From Octopus sinensis (Eukaryota), in assembly GCF_006345805.1 (NCBI RefSeq), contig NC_042997.1, positions 23,188,001-23,252,000 on the forward strand: DNA of 64,000 bases, written 5' to 3'. Below, one piece after another: positions 57,503 through 64,000 of this stretch. Position numbers and translations under genes: made by a program. Under the pieces are notes generated by a model. The model ran no database searches, was not told where the DNA came from, and saw only the letters and a list, made by a program, of their open reading frames with translations. Every line of letters starts with the position of its first letter. Within the stretch, counting starts at the first letter, position 1.

Positions 57503-60500
57503 CAGGTGTTGGCTACCTATGGCACACGGACCAATTTACAATAGCACGCACACCTCTTGGCAAATTTTTGTTTATAACTATATTTCAGGAGGTGACATCA
57601 TAATAATTAAATCATATTGTTACATGTCTTTTTTATGCTCCATTTATTCTAACTCTATCTGATGTTAGCTGTATTTGGTAGTATTATATTTCCTTAAAAA
57701 TATATAATACTACTGAACACAAATAATTTTGACAATACAAAATTATGTTAACATAATTAACTTTTTGTTTGTAAGCTGGTGCTGAAAACATTTATATGTA
57801 CTTTATTACTTAAGCCAGGAGCTAGAGCTACAAATGACTGTTTTTTAAAAAATTTGTTGTATATTTTAGCAGTGCAGATCATATGTTAAAATTAGTTAAC
57901 CACCTCACAGCGGCCAGTCTAAATAAAGACACTCTTAAAAATGGGCTCCTACTTAGTGGGTCATCTATAAGTAAACTCTTTTAAAATTATTATCTCATTT
58001 TGAGGCCAGTGTTATATTAAATGGAAAGAAAAAAACGATAGTGAGAAGGGTTTTCAAAGACAAACAAACATGAAAAGTCAAAAATTATACTTATTTTCTT
58101 TGGCTTCAATTTCTCCTTAGTGAGTCAAGTTTGATTTTTTGAGTCCATTTCTGTTTTTTCTGTTTATTTTTACCATTTATTTTAATCTAATTATTTTTAT
58201 CATTACGAAAATTTATTCACTGGATTAATTACATTTTTTTGTTTAAAAAATATTTTTTACTATTTATTTTATTCTAATTATTTAAATTTTTGTTAGTAGA
58301 ATCTGGTTTAAGGGTTTATACACTTGTTAATATTAATTATCAATATCTAGTGCCCCAAAATGAATAAGAAAAGACAAAATTTTGATGTTTGTGCATTTCA
58401 AGATTTCTGGCAAACTGAGTATGGATTTGTACAACAAAATGATTGTGCTGTGTGTGCATTCTGCTGTGAATTTGTCATATGTCATACATCAAGTGTACAA
58501 AGACACTATCAAACTAGATACCAGACTACATTTAAAATTTAAAAACTCTGATGAGAAAAGTGAAGCCATAAAAAGAAACTGTTACAAAAAAAGCACTTCT
58601 GTTTTTGTTCAAATGCTTGGAACCAAAAGTAAAGGAAACGAATGTAGTTACATAATTGTTCAATGTATAGCTGAGAAAGGTAAACATTTTACAGATGGAG
58701 AATTTATCAAAAATGCTTTTTTAAGTGCTAAAATTTTGTTTAGTGATTTACAAAATGCTGAAACAATACTATCTCGAATTCAAGAAATATCAGCTTCTGC
58801 AAGATCAACTGAGGGACGTATAACTGATATAGCTGAAAACATAACACTAAAACAAAAAATTGGATTACAAAAAGCTGCTGCCTAGCAATTGTTGCAAGAT
58901 ACTGTGACAATGATTGTATTTATGAAGAATTATGTTGTTTGATTCCTCTTACCAATACAACTACAGGACAGGACATTCTGACTGCATTTGTAAATCATCA
59001 TCATCATCATCATCATCGTTTAACGTCCATTTTCCATGCTAGCATGGGTTGGACGGTTCAACTGAGGTCTGGGAAGCCCGAAGGCTGCACCAGGCCAGTC
59101 ATATCTGGCGGTGTTTCTACAGCTGGATGCCCTTCCTAACGCCAACCACTCTGTGAGTGTAGTGGGTGCTTTTTATGTGCCACTGACACAGGTGCCAGAC
59201 GAGGCTGGCGAACAGCCACGCTTGGATGGTGCTTTTTACGTGCCACCGACACAGGTGCCAGACGAGGCTGGTGAACAGCCACGCTCAGATGGTGCTTTTT
59301 ACGTGCCACCGGCACGGAGGCCAGGTGAGGCTGGCACAGCCACAATCGGATGGTGTTTGTTACATGCCACCAGCACGGAGGCCAGTCGATATGGTGCTGG
59401 CAACGGCCACGTTCGGATGGTTCTCTTACATGCCACCGGCACTGGTACCACAACTACAAATTCCATTGATGTTGATCGATTTCGATTTTGATTTGATTTT
59501 TTGATTTTCACTTGCCTCAACAGGTCTTCACAAGTAGAGTTATGTGTCCCAAGAAGGAAGGTATGCACAGGTGGACTGACTACGTCCCAGGTAGGGGCCA
59601 CGGGTTATAGCCTCACTTGTCCTGCCGGGTCTTCTCACGCACAGCATACTTCCAAAGGTCTCGGTCTCTGGTCATTTCCCCGGTGAGACCTAAAGAGCGA
59701 AGGTCGTGCTTCACCACCTCATCCCAGGTTTTCCTGGGTCTACCTCTCCCACAGGTTCTCTCAACCGCTAGGGTGTGGCAATTTTTCACACAACTATCTT
59801 CATCCATTCTTACCATGTGTCCATACCAGCGTAGACGTCTCTCTTGCACACCACATCTGATGCTTCTGAGGTCCAACTTTTCTCTCAAGGCACTTACACT
59901 CTGTCAGGTATGAACACTGACATTACACATCCATCGGAGCATACTGGCTTCATTTCTTGCAAGCTTACGCATATCCTCAGCAGTCACGGCCCATGTCTCA
60001 CTGCCATGTAGCATGGCTGTTCGTACACATGCGTCATACAGTCTGCCTTTTACTCAGAGCAAGAGGCCTTTTGTCACCAGCAGAGGTAAGAGCTCTCTGA
60101 ACTTTGCCCAGGCTATTCTTACTCTAGCAGTTACACTTTCGGCACACCCGCCCTTGCTACTGACTTGATCACCTAGGTAAAGGAAACTATCAACTATTTC
60201 TAGTTTTTCTCCCTGGAATGTGGCGGAAGATGGTCTCTGCACATTTTCAGTGTTTATTGCACCAGAGCATCTGCCACATACAAAAACTATCTTCCTAGTT
60301 AGCCTTCCTTTGACATTGCTGCACCTCTTATGTGTCCATAGCTTACACTTGGTGCATCTTATAGAATTCCTACCTATGCCTTTTCTACAGATCGAGCAGG
60401 GCCATCTACCTGAAGGTGTTTGAGATTTGTCTACCTTTCTACTTATTAGGACTTCAAAAATCAAGCCATTAATATAAATATTTTGTATTACTACCAATGG

Positions 60501-61584
60501 TGCACGTGCAATGGTTTGAAAGAAAAAGGGATTTGTTAAGCTTCTTGAAAATCATATTGGATGCAATGTAATGAGTTTTAATTGCATAATACATTAGGAA
60601 AATTTAGTTGCAAAAATTTCATCACAAAGCTTGAGTTCTGTCAAGGAGGCTGTTGTTAAAATAGTTAACTTCATAGTTTCTCGCTCTTCACTGATTCAGA
60701 GACAATTTAAGTCCCTTCTACAAGAATTGGACAACGAATATGCAGACCTCCCACTACACAGTAAATTCCGTTAGCTTAGTTGGGGTAATGTTTTGGACAG
60801 ACTTGTATCATGCTTTGTTAAAATTAGATATTTTTTGGCAACACTTACAAATATTTTGCAAATGTAAAAGCTTATTCAAATCAATTTAATGTTAATAAAA
60901 ATGAACTTCAAAAATATATTGCAATGTTGAAAGAAGAATTTTCCAAGTGAGGTAATGACTTTGAAATCTAACTGGATTGATTTGAAAATGAACCTATTTG
61001 ATCTATAACTTTTTGAGTGGATGCACATCAATAGCTTTGAAATGGAAATGATAGAATTAACAACTTCAGAATTGTGGAAAACAAACTTTGTGGAATTACA
61101 AAAAACTCTTGGAAGAAGCTGCTTGGAGAAGTCTGTTGTCATCTTCAATTGCTGGATGTTGTCTGAAAGATTTAATTCTTTGAAGAAAATCTCATATGCT
61201 CTGCTTTCAGCCTTTGGCTCAACATATACATATGAACAAATTTTTTCACATATAAAATCTGTTTTGAGTCCACAAAGAAGTTGTCTGACAATTCAACATT
61301 CAGAAGCTTGTGTGAAGCTAAAAGTCATAAATTATGCACCTGATATTGAGAAATTAAGCAAAAATGTACAAGGACATGGTTCTCATTAATTTATAGAAAT
61401 TTAATGTAACTGTTGTTTCTAACTTGTTTATAAATTAATTTTTTAAATAACATTATATTTGTTTCCCTGCAATTTGAATTATTAAAGGATTAATAAAATG
61501 TATTTCTGTTATGGCAAGTTTCAAAAGCATAAACTCTACTAATAAAAGTAGTAATATGATGTTGGCCCGTGCAATGCTTTTGGA
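57503..61584 (+). mobile_element. Charlie/GTF2IRD2-like hAT transposon, inactivated, interrupted by an RTE
   Basis: 5' CAGGTGTTGGCTACCTATGGCAC; 8-bp TSD acctagag/agctagag; BED-like C..C...RHY, IAEKGKHFTDGEFIK, ITTNGARAM (first DDE Asp changed to Asn), FGSTY.YEQIFS...PDIEKL...GSH*; right TIR eroded. Confidence 0.9.
58995..60454 (-). mobile_element. 5'-truncated RTE LINE inserted inside the hAT transposase
   Basis: ORFs 60054-60497 and 59613-59888 are near-identical to 25422-26756; five 3' UTR units; (GAT)n tail. Confidence 0.95.
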
Positions 61585-62919
61585 AGCTAGAGAATGCTTT
61601 TGATAGAGCCTGTGCTTTGTGAGTGGATGAATGGCTTGTGATAAAGAGCTGTATTAGCCATGTACAGATGTGCAGTCAGGTGAAAGCAGTAAGCAGAATG
61701 ATGAACTGAGTGAGAAGATGGGAGATGTATACCAGGCCTCAGTCTGTGCCTCCTTCAGTTCATTATAGTCCTGCAAGCCACAATAGAACAGTTTAAGCCC
61801 AGCAGCCCAGGGAACTCCTTTATGCAAAGACCTAGTTTTTACAGCTGAATCTGTGATAGAGTTAAATACACAGAAACAAAACCTGAAATCAAGAGGACTC
61901 AAAGTGCAATTTGAAACGCCTAAAGTATTAGTAAATAGAAAAGATAGGACTCTATTGCAATCAGGAGAATGACTTTGCCCTGCGTGAAAAAAAGTAGTAG
62001 GTAAGAATTCTATACAATTTGTCCAGTGTTAAGCATAAAAGGTGTAGTGGAATCACAGGTTGGCTAACAGAAAAGAAAAAAATTCATATGCAACAGGTGC
62101 ACATGGGTAGTAAGTACTGAGAGTAGACAGAAAATAGATTTTTCCCTGTACCCAGATTGCTCCTGAGAAGTAGTTAATAGCTCTTGTTACCTAGAAGACC
62201 TAAATAACAGTGGAGAAAGGTATTCTGGATGTATAGTAGTCAGAGTAAGAATTAGCAGGAAAAAGGTCAGGATATGTAAAGAATGCAAGATGCAACAACA
62301 AGCATGCTCTAAATAAATTCTTCCTTATCATCTTTGTTCCCACCTACCTCATATGAGGATTGGTCTTCTTGGTAATCAGTGGCATCAATAGGAAGTAATT
62401 AGTAGAAAACTGAAATCCTCAGATATGAGAAAACAGCTACTGCCAACACTATATAAAATCACCTACACACACACTCATTCACATTATAATTTACATATAG
62501 AGATATATTCACTTGTGTGTGTGTGTATAAACAGACATCAACATCGACAATTTGTATATAATCACCATTCTACATCTGCTTCCTATGTTGACATGAGCTG
62601 GACAAGTTATCCCAGTTTGAGTCAGTTTTTATTCAGAACTTTCCTAAACAGGTTGGAGGAAAACATCTCACATAGACATTCCATTTTTGGCATGGTTTCT
62701 ACAGCTGGCTGCTTTTCTAGCACCATTCAACTTTTGGACTATATTGGGTGTACTAGAAGCTGTCGTGTCCTTGGCAAGATTAAGGGTTTTCTTAATTTTA
62801 CATTGTTTCCTCATGCTCACCAATCACTTTACAGAATATATCAGTTGCATGGTACCAACACTTGTGGAACTGCTTGTAAATCCCACATGTAAGGAGTCCT
62901 CATTACCTTGTTTCTCTTT

Positions 62920-63400
62920 ATTCAAGAGGTGACTGAGTGAGTTGATAAGAAAAAGAGTAGTGAACCAGAGTGAGAGTCAAGAAAAACAAGTGAACGGTGA
63001 AAACAGAGTAATTGAGGTGAGACAGCAGTAAAGAAAGAAGAAATGGAAGAGAGACAGTGATTGCAGTTACATGCTTGCTGGAAGAGTGAGAGTTAATGAT
63101 GTATAGTAATGGAGACAGGTGAGGATGAAAATGACGGCAGAGAGGGAGTGATGGCAAGGTGTTCAGAAGGGTGAGGATTAGTATATGAGTACATCCAATG
63201 CAATCCCATGTTACACAGACATCTGAAGGGAGAGAGAGATTGAGTAATAAGGAAGGTGGAGGTGGGTGTTGAAGATGGAAAATCCAATGCTATCCTTTGA
63301 TATATGTGTGGGAAAGTACAATGAATAGGATAGAGTGTGATAGAGAGGTGGGAGGGTATTGAAGAGGTGGGGGAGTGTGACAGCAGCTGAAGACTTTTCA
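62920..63400 (-). mobile_element. Penelope-like GIY-YIG endonuclease fossil
   Basis: Minus translation VCVTWDCIGCT...LPLCRHFHPH resembles YCI.C..YIGET...PVA.HFN; degraded. Confidence 0.45.
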
Positions 63401-63590
63401 GGAACATAATGTTTGTGAGAGATCATATGTAGATATATTATACAACTCAACCTCTATCACTAATACAGTAAGTTGGTCTACCTAAATCTCAACCAAGCCC
63501 CAAGTAGTAGTGACTCTACAGATAGTTAAAGGGAACAGCCAACTGCTGCTGAAATCCTAAGTAGAGATTTGGACCTTTCCTTTTTCTATG

Positions 63591-63623
63591 TTTCTGACGA
63601 AGAGCTCCACTTGAAACGTTAAA
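63591..63623 (+). ncRNA. Minimal type I hammerhead-ribozyme-like motif at a Penelope-like terminal repeat (63590-63720, ending in (TA)n)
   Basis: TTT-CTGACGA-A-GAG-CTCCA-CTT-GAAAC-GTT-AAA: complete core boxes, 3-bp helix II, palindromic AACGTT in place of helix III, TTT/AAA helix I. Confidence 0.5.
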
Positions 63624-64000
63624 TCCTCCTTTCTTTCCTTTCCTGAGCGTCCAATAACACTATACTTGTTCCACATCCTCGCATTGTTGTGTTTTCTCTT
63701 TGTTCATGTTTGGATTAACTATATATATATATATGGTTATCTAAAATCCATGAGTCAACAAAAACAAGCATTCATATATTAATTAATAGAGTGGATATAT
63801 TATTAATAGATACAATAAGGCATCGAGCTGGAAGAATTGTTAGCATGCTGGGCATTACAGAGTAACTAATGGGGTGCTCCAATGTTTATATTCGTAGTGC
63901 AGTTAGCCAGTATGCTAGGGAAAGGTCTGTGCTAATGGGGTCAAGCCAGATAGAGAAAGCTCTTTAGTATGATCGTTTTCTCAATCAAGCAGAGCCTGCA

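Larger units (their letters stand above)
56330..62280 (+). mobile_element. Old RTE LINE split by a hAT element (RTE parts ~56330-57502 and ~61585-62280)
   Basis: The left part ends gcatttgttgacctagag (AFVDLE); the right part resumes agctagagaatgcttttgatag (LE.AFD) and continues through RT and zinc-finger remnants. Confidence 0.75.

Noticed and set aside
59160-59440. Regularly spaced ~63-bp palindromic repeats resembling a CRISPR array
   Set aside because: The intervening sequences are homologous to each other rather than unique spacers, there are no cas genes, and the array lies in a LINE 3' UTR in eukaryotic DNA.

Overview
AT-rich, repeat-dense animal genomic DNA. The SINE/RTE repertoire and the (TA)n/(CAT)n microsatellites look like octopus (coleoid cephalopod); this is inference. 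One host gene is well supported: PXK (PX-domain pseudokinase, MONaKA/Slob family) on the minus strand. I reconstructed 13 coding exons from 52590 to the stop at 8163, all with GT-AG ends and matching phases: 1680 nt, 559 aa, giving PX domain, pseudokinase, basic coiled region, Pro-rich tract and WH2. The first coding exon (~34 aa in orthologs) was not found and probably lies beyond 64000. The rest is mostly transposon-derived: RTE-clade LINEs, CR1-like and Penelope-like fossils, several modular tRNA-derived SINE families, two mariners (one with perfect 37-bp TIRs), two Charlie/GTF2IRD2-like hATs, and a non-autonomous Helitron/Helentron-like element, with several resolvable nested insertions. 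Most notable: (1) a complete C4HC3 PHD-like finger embedded in the RTE reverse transcriptase; (2) a variable-number ~63-bp hairpin unit in the RTE 3' UTR; (3) a minimal hammerhead-ribozyme-like motif at a Penelope-like end; (4) inverted repeats bracketing the frame-symmetric PX exon; (5) an apparent switch in retroelement orientation near 46-47 kb. No rRNA, true tRNA or CRISPR was seen. All coordinates and counts were read by hand; repeat boundaries are approximate unless a TSD or TIR is quoted.
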